Below are positions 9,553 through 18,083 of a stretch of DNA of 64,000 nt, piece after piece. The DNA lies in contig JBKJHT010000202.1 of NCBI GenBank assembly GCA_046598945.1, positions 5,222 through 69,221 of the forward strand, written 5' to 3'. The stretch comes from Burkholderiales bacterium. Its GTDB lineage: Bacteria > Pseudomonadota > Gammaproteobacteria > Burkholderiales > JALYOK01. Within the stretch, counting starts at the first letter, position 1, and each line of letters begins with the position of its first letter. The position numbers and the translations under genes are program-made. Under the pieces are notes generated by a model that saw only the letters and a list, made by a program, of their open reading frames with translations, was not told the DNA's origin and did no database searches.

Positions 9553-10560
9553 ATGAAAAATATTAAGCTTAGTTTGATCGGTGTCGGCGCATTGATCGCG
9601 GGCACGGTTGGTTTCGCTCCGCTCACCGCCACCGCGCAAGCGATCAAGATCGATGGCTCCAGCACGGTGTATCCCATTTCCGAGGCGGTTGCTGAAGAGT
9701 TTCAGGTGGTGAAAAAAGCCACCGTGAAAGTGACCGTGGGCATCTCCGGTACCGGCGGAGGCTTCAAGAAATTTTGCCGTGGCGAGCTGGATATCGCCAA
9801 CGCGTCGCGCCCGATTTTGAAGGCGGAAATGGAAATCTGCAAAGCCGCCGGTATCGACTATATCGAACTGCCGATCGCCTACGACGCGCTAACCGTGATT
9901 GTGCACAAAGGCAACGCGTTCCTAAACAGCATCACCGTCGCTGAACTGAAGAAAATGTGGGAACCGGCGGCCCAAGGCAAAATCACCAAGTGGAATCAAG
10001 TGAACCCGGCTTGGCCCGATGCGCCGCTTAAGTTATTCGGCGCCGGATCCGATTCCGGCACATTTGACTATTTTACCGAAGCGATCGTCGGCAAGGCAAA
10101 ATCCAGCCGCGGCGATTACACGGCAAGTGAGGACGACAACGTGCTGGTGCAAGGTGTATCGCGGGATAAGGGTGCGATCGGTTACTTCGGTTACGCCTAC
10201 TACGCTGAAAACCAGGATAAGCTGAAGGCTGTGCCGATCATCGCGAAAGCGGGCGCCGCGGCGGTAGGTCCCTCCGATAAGTCGGTCGAAGACGGTAGTT
10301 ATCAACCCCTCTCGCGCCCGATCTTCATTTACTTGAAGGCGAAATCCCTTGAGCGCGCCGAAGTGCAGGAGTTCGTTTCCTTCTATTTGAAAAATGCCGC
10401 CAAGCTGGCCAAGGAAGTTCGCTATATCCCGCTACCAAAGATTGCTTACGAAATCGCCGCGGAACACGTGTCGAAGAAGAAAATCGGTACGGTATTCGGC
10501 GGCACTGCTGAAGTCGGCGTGAAAATCGAAGATCTGATGAAGCGTGAAAGTAAGTTGTAA
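9553..10560 (+). CDS. pstS: Phosphate ABC transporter substrate-binding protein
   Basis: The start is moved to [10 protein letters not shown], which begins a signal peptide. PstS-family pattern ([43 protein letters not shown]); followed by pstCAB. Confidence 0.85.
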   Translation: MKNIKLSLIGVGALIAGTVGFAPLTATAQAIKIDGSSTVYPISEAVAEEFQVVKKATVKVTVGISGTGGGFKKFCRGELDIANASRPILKAEMEICKAAGIDYIELPIAYDALTVIVHKGNAFLNSITVAELKKMWEPAAQGKITKWNQVNPAWPDAPLKLFGAGSDSGTFDYFTEAIVGKAKSSRGDYTASEDDNVLVQGVSRDKGAIGYFGYAYYAENQDKLKAVPIIAKAGAAAVGPSDKSVEDGSYQPLSRPIFIYLKAKSLERAEVQEFVSFYLKNAAKLAKEVRYIPLPKIAYEIAAEHVSKKKIGTVFGGTAEVGVKIEDLMKRESKL

Positions 10561-10585
10561 GCGAAATATTTGAGCAATTAAATTC

Positions 10586-10614
10586 AAACCGGGGCACACC
10601 TCCCCGGTTTTTTT
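10586..10614 (+). terminator. Intrinsic terminator/attenuator after pstS
   Basis: AAACCGGGG-CACACCT-CCCCGGTTT followed by a T-run. This is the typical partial terminator between pstS and pstC. Confidence 0.75.
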
Positions 10615-10635
10615 CAGACCATCCGTTAGAGTAGA

Positions 10636-11586
10636 ATGCACGGGTCGAACGTAATGCCGGGAGCGTCCTTGTCTGAAGTTAGTCCGGCCATGGCGGTGAG
10701 CCGTCGGCCTTGGGGGAAATTTAAAGAAGGGGTAATTGAGCTGTTGCTATTGTTGGCGGCGCTCTCCTCGGTCGCCATTACGCTCGCGATCATGTTCATT
10801 CTGGTCAAGGAATCGTGGACGTTTTTTCAGCACGTGTCGCTGTGGGATTTTCTGACCGACACGCAATGGACCCCGCTGTTTGACAATCCGCGCTACGGCA
10901 TCATGCCGCTTATTTCCGGCACCTTGGTTTCGTCAGCCGTCGCATTATGCATCGCCATTCCGATTGGCACGGCGATCGCGATGTACATCAGCGAATTCGC
11001 GCCGTTCAAAATGCGCGAAGCGGCGAAACCAATACTCGAACTACTCGCCGCGATCCCCACCGTGGTCTATGGTTACTTCGCGTTTCTGGTCGTCACGCCG
11101 ATGCTGCAACAATTAATGCCGGAATTGCCCGGCTTTAATCTGCTCAGTGCCGGTTTGGTGATGGGCATCATGATTATTCCCTATGTCAGCTCGTTGTCGG
11201 AAGACGCGATGCGCGCCGTGCCCATGCATTTACGCGAGGGTTCTTATGCGATGGGGGCGACGCGTTTCCAAACGGCTTGGAAAGTGGTCACGCCGGCGGC
11301 ATTCTCCGGATTGGCGGCTTCCTATATTCTCGCAATCTCGCGCGCCGTCGGTGAAACCATGGTGGTGGCGCTTGCCGCCGGTATGCAACCGAATCTGACG
11401 TGGAATCCTCTCGAACCCGCGGCGACGATGACGGCTTACATCGTGCAAGTCAGTCAGGGCGATTTACCCCACGGCAGTATCGGTTATCAAAGTATTTTCG
11501 CCGTTGGACTGACGCTGTTGTTGATTACGCTGTCGTTCAATATTCTCGGCTATTGGTTGCGCAAGCGTTACCGCGAGGTCTATTGA
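10636..11586 (+). CDS. pstC: Phosphate ABC transporter permease PstC
   Basis: Multi-pass permease with an EAA-loop region (SLSEDAMRAVPMHLREGSYAMGATRFQT). The exact start is uncertain, with alternative Met codons within the first 19 residues. Confidence 0.85.
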   Translation: MHGSNVMPGASLSEVSPAMAVSRRPWGKFKEGVIELLLLLAALSSVAITLAIMFILVKESWTFFQHVSLWDFLTDTQWTPLFDNPRYGIMPLISGTLVSSAVALCIAIPIGTAIAMYISEFAPFKMREAAKPILELLAAIPTVVYGYFAFLVVTPMLQQLMPELPGFNLLSAGLVMGIMIIPYVSSLSEDAMRAVPMHLREGSYAMGATRFQTAWKVVTPAAFSGLAASYILAISRAVGETMVVALAAGMQPNLTWNPLEPAATMTAYIVQVSQGDLPHGSIGYQSIFAVGLTLLLITLSFNILGYWLRKRYREVY

Positions 11587-12509
11587 TGCAGGTCACCTCG
11601 GTCAAGGAAATTCGTCGGCTGATCGCGAAGGCAAAGCGCTGGGATTTATTTTTTTCCTTGCTCGGTTTGCTCGCGTTGTTGTTGGCAGTGATCGTTTTGA
11701 TCGGCTTGTTCATGAACCTGTTATGGGAAGGCGCGCCGCGGATTTCCTGGGAATTTTTTACTAATTTTTCCTCGCGCCGCGCAACCACCGCGGGTATCGC
11801 CGCCGCATGGGTTGGGACTTTATTGGTGATGTTGGTGACGGCACTTACCGCCGTGCCGCTGGGCGTGGCCGCCGGGGTTTACCTCGAAGAATACGCGCCG
11901 AAGAATTGGCTGACAGGATTAATCGAAATCAATATTAGCAATCTCGCCGGCGTGCCGTCGGTTGTGTACGGTTTGCTGGGATTGGGATTATTCGTCTATC
12001 TTTTGGAGCTAGGCCAAAGCATCGCCGCCGCTGGTCTTACATTGGCATTGTTGATTTTGCCGATTGTCATCGTCGCGACGCGGGAGGCCATACGCACCAT
12101 CCCACGCGTCATTCGCGAGGGCGCCTATGCCCTAGGCGCGACCAAGTGGCAGATGGTGTCGCACCACATCATTCCCTATTCCAGCGCGGGAATTTTAACC
12201 GGCATCATCATCGGTCTCGCCCGCGCCATCGGCGAAACCGCGCCATTAATTACGGTTGGCGCCGCCGTCGCGATATTCTCCTATCCATCAAGCCCGGTTA
12301 AAGGCGAGTTTCCTTTCCTATCGTTCGATTGGTTGCGAGAAAGTTTCACCGTCATGCCGATTCAAATGTTTCAATGGACCTCGCGTCCCGATTCGGCTTT
12401 TCAAGTCAACGCTGCCGCCGCCGGGTTAGTGCTGATCGCGCTGACATTGCTGATGAACGGCTTCGCGATTTGGTTACGCTATCGCTTGCGCAAGAATATT
12501 AAATGGTAG
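11586..12509 (+). CDS. pstA: Phosphate ABC transporter permease PstA
   Basis: The ATG overlaps the pstC stop (TGATG). EAA loop [27 protein letters not shown]. The longer ORF-track start at 11400 lies inside pstC. Confidence 0.85.
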   Translation: MQVTSVKEIRRLIAKAKRWDLFFSLLGLLALLLAVIVLIGLFMNLLWEGAPRISWEFFTNFSSRRATTAGIAAAWVGTLLVMLVTALTAVPLGVAAGVYLEEYAPKNWLTGLIEINISNLAGVPSVVYGLLGLGLFVYLLELGQSIAAAGLTLALLILPIVIVATREAIRTIPRVIREGAYALGATKWQMVSHHIIPYSSAGILTGIIIGLARAIGETAPLITVGAAVAIFSYPSSPVKGEFPFLSFDWLRESFTVMPIQMFQWTSRPDSAFQVNAAAAGLVLIALTLLMNGFAIWLRYRLRKNIKW

Positions 12510-12516
12510 AGAAGAA

Positions 12517-13296
12517 ATGAACACGCTCAACATCGCGGACGTAAAAGCGGAAGCACGCAATCTGAATTTCTATTACGGCGCGTATCAGGCGCTGAAGAAT
12601 ATTAATTTGCCGGTCGCGGACAAAAAAGTGACGGCGCTGATCGGGCCGTCCGGTTGCGGCAAATCGACGTTTCTGCGTTGCTTTAATCGAATGCACGATT
12701 TGTATCCGGGTAACCGCTACGAAGGCGAAATATTTCTCAAGCCGGACAACGTCAACGTGTTGGCCCACGGCGTCGATCCGATCGAAGTACGCATGCGCAT
12801 CAGCATGGTGTTCCAAAAACCGAACCCGTTTCCCAAATCCATCTTCGAGAATGTCGCCTATGGGCTGCGGGTACGCGGCGTCAAAAACAGGGCGTTGCTA
12901 GAGGAAAAAGTTGAAACGGCATTAAAGGGCGCCGCGCTGTGGAATGAAGCGAAAGATCGTCTTAACGATCTTGCGTTTAATTTATCCGGTGGCCAGCAGC
13001 AACGCTTGTGCATCGCCCGCGCGCTGGCGACGGATCCGGAAATTCTGCTGTTCGACGAACCGACCTCCGCACTCGACCCGATCGCCACGGCGAGCATCGA
13101 AGAACTGATCGCAGAATTAAAGAAAAAAGTCACCATCCTCATCGTCACCCACAACATGCAGCAAGCCGCGCGGGTGTCCGACTACACCGCCTATATGTAT
13201 CTGGGCGAGTTGATCGAATTCGATAACACCAACACGATTTTCATTAAACCGAAAAATAAACAAACGGAAGATTACATCACTGGGCGATTTGGATAG
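12517..13296 (+). CDS. pstB: Phosphate ABC transporter ATP-binding protein PstB
   Basis: Walker [10 protein letters not shown], signature LSGGQQQRL, Walker [13 protein letters not shown], and the PstB-specific C-terminus [10 protein letters not shown]. Confidence 0.95.
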   Translation: MNTLNIADVKAEARNLNFYYGAYQALKNINLPVADKKVTALIGPSGCGKSTFLRCFNRMHDLYPGNRYEGEIFLKPDNVNVLAHGVDPIEVRMRISMVFQKPNPFPKSIFENVAYGLRVRGVKNRALLEEKVETALKGAALWNEAKDRLNDLAFNLSGGQQQRLCIARALATDPEILLFDEPTSALDPIATASIEELIAELKKKVTILIVTHNMQQAARVSDYTAYMYLGELIEFDNTNTIFIKPKNKQTEDYITGRFG

Positions 13297-13500
13297 TTTC
13301 GGGGCATTGCCGCGATTGTCGGTAAAATTGAGCCGCTCCTGGTTTTGTACTATTGTCGTTAGCGTCCTAGGCCAAACCGGCCTTGGGAAAAAATAAATCG
13401 TCTCGTAATCTCTTTCGCCTGGGTTCTTTTCCCTGACACAAGGCGCCACCAGGCCTTGCCTAGTGGGCTGGAAAACTAACAACTGTTTGGAAGAGTAATT

Positions 13501-13995
13501 ATGACGGTTTCACGTCGAGATTTTTTCAAAATCGGTCGTAGCGTTGCCGCCGGTGCGGGATTAGCTGCGGCAGTCGATGCCCAAGCTGCCACCGCCACCG
13601 CAACACTCACCTATAAACCCAAAAGCGTAGGCAAGGCCGGCGGTATGGCGTCAAACGCGCCTATCACGTTTCAGTTTCCCGATGCATCCTCCCCTTGTGC
13701 CGCGATCAAGATGGGCGCGCCGGTTCTGGGTGGCGTTGGGCGGAACAAAGACATCGTTGCCTACTCGACCCTTTGTACCCACATGGGCTGCCCGGTCGCC
13801 TATGACGCCGACAAACGAACCTTCAATTGCGCCTGCCATCTCAGCATGTTTGACGTAGAAAAGGGCGGCCAGATGATCTGCGGTCGCGCGACGGAAAACT
13901 TGCCGTGCATCGTGCTTAAATACAACGACAAAACCGATACCGTGACGGCGGTAGCCGTCGATGGCTTGATTTACGGCCGTCAAGCGAACATCTAA
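13501..13995 (+). CDS. aioB: Arsenite oxidase small (Rieske) subunit
   Basis: Tat signal SRRDFFK and Rieske ligands CTHMGC ... CACH(LSMF). About 164 aa, directly upstream of aioA-homologous sequence. Confidence 0.85.
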   Translation: MTVSRRDFFKIGRSVAAGAGLAAAVDAQAATATATLTYKPKSVGKAGGMASNAPITFQFPDASSPCAAIKMGAPVLGGVGRNKDIVAYSTLCTHMGCPVAYDADKRTFNCACHLSMFDVEKGGQMICGRATENLPCIVLKYNDKTDTVTAVAVDGLIYGRQANI

Positions 13996-13996
13996 G

Positions 13997-15040
13997 GAGA
14001 CGATCGTTACGACGAGAAAAGACCGTGTCGCACTTCCACCGGTGAGCGCTAAGAAATCCAATTTGGTCTGCCATTTCTGCATTGTGGGCTGTGGCTATCA
14101 CGTCTATAAATGGCCGGAGAACCAAGAGAGCGGCCGTGCGCCGAATCAGAACGCGCTGGGGTTAGATTTTTTCAAGCAGTTGCCGCCATTGGCGGTCACC
14201 ATGACGCCGGCGATGACCAACGTCATCACCGATCACGACGGCAATCGCCACAACATCATGATCCTGCCGGAAAAGAATTGCTCCGTGAACCAGGGCTTGT
14301 CGTCGCGGAGATGGCAAAACGCTTCGCCGGCTTCGACTGGAAGACCGAGGAAGATACCTTTAACGACGGCTTCCGTACCCGCGGCCAAAAAAACGCGCCG
14401 CCGATCGATAGCCAAGGTGGCGGCACCGGCAACCTCGCCACCTATGAACGTTTAGCTGCCGCCGGCAACAATGGCGTGCAGTTGCCGATCAAGGAATATA
14501 AAAACGGCAAGCTCATCGGCACGGAAATGCATTACATGGATGCCAAATTCGATGCGAGCGATGGCAAAGCGGAATTCAAGCCCGCGCCGTGGCCCGGGTT
14601 GCCCAAGCCCGTGCAAGCGCAAAAGGATAAGTACAAGTACAAGTTCTGGATCAACAATGGTCGTGTGAACGAAGTGTGGCAAACGGCTTATCACGATCGA
14701 TGCAACGATTTCGTGCGCGGTCGTTTCCCCATGGCTTTCATCGAGATCAATCCTGACGATGCTCAAACAATGGGAGTTGGTGGCGGCGACATCGCCGAGA
14801 TTTTCAACGATTATGGTTCGACTTACGCAATGGCCTACCCGACGCCGGAGATTAAGATGAATCAAACCTTCATGCAGTTTGGCTAACTTAACGGCATTGT
14901 CAGTGACGTCACCACGCCTTGGAGGGATCGCAATGTCGTACCCTAATTACAAAGGAACGTGGGCGAATTTGCGACGCGTGGGATCGATGGAAGAATACGA
15001 ACGCACGGTCAGTTTCAAAAACCCTCGCTACGGCGCTTAG
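13997..15040 (+). pseudogene. aioA: Arsenite oxidase large subunit remnant (internal deletion, premature stop and frameshift)
   Basis: In frame 2, 13997-14305 encodes the AioA N-terminus ([31 protein letters not shown]...NQGLSS). In frame 1, 14305-14883 encodes the C-terminal third ([23 protein letters not shown]...QTFMQFG). TAA follows at 14884-14886, and after a +1 shift near 14944-14946 the sequence reads [32 protein letters not shown] to the stop at 15038-15040. The homologous total is about 347 codons, against about 825 in characterised AioA. Confidence 0.85.
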
Positions 15041-15111
15041 TTTCCCGTGAACACTCGAGAGCCAAGTGGTGGCCCTTGTTTTTTTGCTAATAATTCGATA
15101 ATATTGGAAAT

Positions 15112-15486
15112 ATGGAAATAAATGACGCTGTCTCCTCGCTTGCCGCATTAGCCCAAGAATCGCGGCTGGCTATTTATCGTCTGTTAGTGCAAGCCGGTCC
15201 GGCAAGGATGGCGGTTGGTAGCATCGGAGAAAATCTCGGCATTCCCGCTGCGACATTGTCGTTTCACTTAAAGGAATTGACTCGCGCTGAACTCATCACC
15301 GCGCGTCAAGACGGCCGCTTCATTTATTACTCAGCGAACTTTCCGCAGATGGCAGCGTTACTCGGATACCTCACCGACAACTGCTGCCGCGGAATGCCGC
15401 AGGAATGCCTAGGGGTGATGGAAACGGCGCTTGCGGAATGTTGCGCACCCAAGCCAAAATCTAAATCTAAAAGGAATTGTGTATGA
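15112..15486 (+). CDS. arsR: ArsR-family metalloregulator with C-terminal Cys cluster
   Basis: Winged-HTH core (SRLAIYRLL...IGENLGIPAATLSFHLKEL...GRFIYY). Cys91/92/99 and Cys110/111 lie in the tail. It is the first gene of the ars operon. Confidence 0.85.
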   Translation: MEINDAVSSLAALAQESRLAIYRLLVQAGPARMAVGSIGENLGIPAATLSFHLKELTRAELITARQDGRFIYYSANFPQMAALLGYLTDNCCRGMPQECLGVMETALAECCAPKPKSKSKRNCV

Positions 15487-15974
15487 AACGATTTCATGTC
15501 CATGTCGCCGTGAGCGATCTCGAGGCGAGTGTCAAATTCTATTCCGCAATGTTTGCGACTGTTCCGAGCGTGCACAAGCCCGATTACGCCAAATGGATGC
15601 TCGACGATCCACGCATCAATTTCGCAATCTCCCAACGGGGCCTCGCTCCCGGCGTCGATCATCTGGGTATTCAAGTCGATAGCGAAGACGCCTTGGATGA
15701 GTTGCGTCAACAAGTCGCCGGCGCGGAAATTGAAGCGTCGGCGCAAAACAAGGCGGCTTGTTGCTACGCGGAATCGAACAAATACTGGACTACTGATCCG
15801 CAAGGCATTGCCTGGGAAACCTTTCATACCCTCGGTGATATTCCGACCTTCGGCCAAGATACGAAAACCACTTCCGGTGAGTCGGCCAATGCTTGTTGCG
15901 CGCCGCAGCCGGAACGTCAAACAATAGGATTTTTCTCCCGGCCTGATCGGGCGCAAGTGCCCGAGACAAAGTGA
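15483..15974 (+). CDS. arsI: ArsI/CadI-type glyoxalase-fold (VOC) protein, putative C-As lyase
   Basis: The ATG overlaps the arsR stop (ATGA). VOC fold with a vicinal Cys pair in AACCYAESNKYWTTDPQGIAWETF, resembling the ArsI substrate-binding pair. A second CC pair lies near the C-terminus. Confidence 0.65.
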   Translation: MKRFHVHVAVSDLEASVKFYSAMFATVPSVHKPDYAKWMLDDPRINFAISQRGLAPGVDHLGIQVDSEDALDELRQQVAGAEIEASAQNKAACCYAESNKYWTTDPQGIAWETFHTLGDIPTFGQDTKTTSGESANACCAPQPERQTIGFFSRPDRAQVPETK

Positions 15975-15982
15975 GGTGAGCC

Positions 15983-16468
15983 ATGGCCTACAATGTATTA
16001 TTTCTGTGTACTGGCAACTCCGCCCGTAGCATCTTGGCGGAAGCCATACTCAACGCCGAGGGCAAAGGGAAATTCAAAGCCTACAGCGCCGGTAGCCATC
16101 CCTCCGGGAAAGTCAATTCGTTTTCAATCGAGTTGCTTGAACAGCGCCGCTATCCCACCGACGGGCTACGCAGCAAAGCCTGGGATGAGTTTGCTGCGCC
16201 CGGCGCGCCGGAGTTGGATTTCGTTTTTACCGTGTGCGATAACGCCGCCGGCGAAGTGTGCCCGGTCTGGCCCGGCCAGCCGATCAGCGCCCACTGGGGA
16301 GTTGAAGACCCCGCGGCGGTTGAGGGTGCCCACGAGGAAAAGCGCAAGGCGTTTGTGAAAGCCTTTGCCGTTTTGCAACGCCGCATTTCGCTGTTCGCGA
16401 GCCTGCAGTTAGATCAACTCGATCGCGTCTCACTGCAAACCAAACTGCGCGACATCGGCAAGCAATGA
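15983..16468 (+). CDS. arsC: Arsenate reductase, LMW-PTP (thioredoxin-coupled) type
   Basis: P-loop LFLCTGNSARS, and a downstream Cys pair in FTVCDNAAGEVCPVWPG. Confidence 0.85.
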   Translation: MAYNVLFLCTGNSARSILAEAILNAEGKGKFKAYSAGSHPSGKVNSFSIELLEQRRYPTDGLRSKAWDEFAAPGAPELDFVFTVCDNAAGEVCPVWPGQPISAHWGVEDPAAVEGAHEEKRKAFVKAFAVLQRRISLFASLQLDQLDRVSLQTKLRDIGKQ

Positions 16469-17130
16469 CCCTTCCGCGCCGTTTGGCCGCCGAGGCCATC
16501 GGCACGGCGCTGTTGCTCGCCATTGTGGTCGGCTCCGGCATCATGGGCGAGCGTTTATCGCAAGGGAATGATGCAATCGCCCTGCTGGGTAATTCCATCG
16601 CCACCGGCGCCGGACTCGCTGTCCTGATTTTTCTCTTCGCGCCGATTTCCGGCGCGCATTTCAATCCCGTCGTCACCCTTATCGAGGCCATGGAAGGTAA
16701 GTTGATTTGGCGCCAAGCACTGGCTTATGTTCCGGTGCAAATCGTCTCCGCGCTCGCCGGCGTCGCGGCCGCACACTTGATGTTCGGCGAGGCGCTATTC
16801 ACGCCGAGCGAGCACGCGCGCATTGGCCCGAGCCAGTGGTGGAGCGAATTCATCGCCACCTTTGGTTTGATCCTGGTCATCAAGCTCAGCGTGCGCAACC
16901 ATGCCGCGGCCGTTCCACTCACAGTCGCCGCCTACATCACCGCCGCATACTGGTTTACCTCGTCAACGTCCTTTGCGAATCCGGCAGTCACCATCGCGCG
17001 CTCGCTCACGCCGACATTCGCCGGAATTCGGCCCGACGGCGTGCCGGGATTTATCATCGCGCAGGTGGTCGGCGCGGTCGTCGCGGCAAAATTCGCGAAG
17101 TGGTTCGTCGATTCGCAATCAAAACATTAA
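16465..17130 (+). CDS. aqpS: MIP-family aquaglyceroporin-like channel (AqpS-like arsenite channel)
   Basis: The ATG overlaps the arsC stop (ATGA). Two MIP signature loops, SGAHFNPVVT and NPAVTIARS. Its position in the ars operon is where arsB/acr3 would normally sit. Confidence 0.75.
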   Translation: MTLPRRLAAEAIGTALLLAIVVGSGIMGERLSQGNDAIALLGNSIATGAGLAVLIFLFAPISGAHFNPVVTLIEAMEGKLIWRQALAYVPVQIVSALAGVAAAHLMFGEALFTPSEHARIGPSQWWSEFIATFGLILVIKLSVRNHAAAVPLTVAAYITAAYWFTSSTSFANPAVTIARSLTPTFAGIRPDGVPGFIIAQVVGAVVAAKFAKWFVDSQSKH

Positions 17131-17138
17131 ATTTTGGG

Positions 17139-17221
17139 TATGCCTGGAGAGGCTCATGGATAGTGGCTGTCAGGCTACGCTACTCGAGGAGGCAAGCTCC
17201 ATCCGGCTTCTGGCAGTGACC
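17139..17221. repeat. Copy of dispersed intergenic repeat family (with internal insertion), followed by hairpin CCCGGAT..ATCCGGG
   Basis: TATGCCTGGAGAGGCTCATGG ... CCGGCTTCTGGCAGTGAC shares both termini with the copy at 6049-6100. Confidence 0.55.
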
Positions 17222-17298
17222 TGTTTAATTCGCGTGGCCCGGATGGGGTGCAACGAAATCCGGGCTACGCTGGCTAGATTCGATTAGCAAGTGGTTGG

Positions 17299-17853
17299 CT
17301 ACCTTATGATGAACACGTCGTATTTCACGTAGCCGCCTTCGCCAATTTTTACCTCGACTACCTTATTGATCGCCTGAACGCTATTCAGCCAAGCGTACTT
17401 TTCCGACGAGGTCTGGAACGTCGGCGCGGTGATGAAATACGGGATATCCTTAGTCATCAACAATTCACCCTTATTCAGTTTCTCAGCGCTTTCTTTTGAG
17501 TGCTGAATGATGCCGTTGTAAGTGATGTAGATAAGCTGGTCGTCGTCGGTTTTTAAAGTTGCGCGGACATCAAGTCGCAATACACCGGAGGGCATTATGC
17601 GTAGCCAGTCCGCGCCGGGCGAAATGAATTTTCCGTTGATCTTTGGGCCTTTTGCCCAACCACCTGGGGCGACGTTGACTATGATAAGGGAGTTATCGAC
17701 GGCGTTGGGTGGCTCAAGTAGAGCGACGTACGTCATTAGATATTCGGTCTTGAGTTCTGTAGTTTGGGCGTGGGAGCTAGACGCGGTGAACATTAGTACG
17801 CTGTTGAAAATACCCAGTGCGGCGAAATAGCCGATGCGAATTGTCATTGCCAT
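17299..17853 (-). CDS. Secreted DUF3237-family protein
   Basis: Signal peptide (MFTASSSHA). DUF3237-like pattern PGADWLRIMPSGVLRLDVRATLKTDDDQLIYITY...YFITAPTFQTSSEKYAWLN. The gene is visibly AT-richer; two 60-nt lines counted at 42-45% GC. Confidence 0.65.
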   Translation of the reverse strand: MAMTIRIGYFAALGIFNSVLMFTASSSHAQTTELKTEYLMTYVALLEPPNAVDNSLIIVNVAPGGWAKGPKINGKFISPGADWLRIMPSGVLRLDVRATLKTDDDQLIYITYNGIIQHSKESAEKLNKGELLMTKDIPYFITAPTFQTSSEKYAWLNSVQAINKVVEVKIGEGGYVKYDVFIIR

Positions 17854-18083
17854 CCTCCGATCGTTGTTAAATGACTAGCTGGAATCGTCACGGCGCAAGG
17901 GACTTTTTGATGCAAAAACCAGGCGACCCGGCAGGAATAATCTTGATGCACATTCAACGCGGCGGTCAATATGTCGAAAGTAGTATGTCGAAAGTGATAG
18001 ATCTTCGAAATTTTGAATTGATCTCGGCGCAATCGAAAGTTCGACGACCGGAAACGCCTAGGCGATAATTCGGCGTTATAAAC

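Noticed and set aside
9255-9556. 83-aa and 91-aa plus-strand ORFs between trpE and pstS
   Set aside because: They run through the palindrome, the repeat copy and the Pho box, and have no SD or motifs. They are most likely repeat-derived.
14042-14886. Two overlapping ORFs (14042-14455 and 14110-14886) that could be annotated as two intact small genes
   Set aside because: Both are fragments of one aioA homologue in different frames, joined at a deletion junction near 14305. I treat them as a single pseudogene.
15327-15956. 209-aa minus-strand ORF
   Set aside because: It is antisense to the arsI-like gene and to the arsR 3' end, inside a translationally coupled plus-strand operon.
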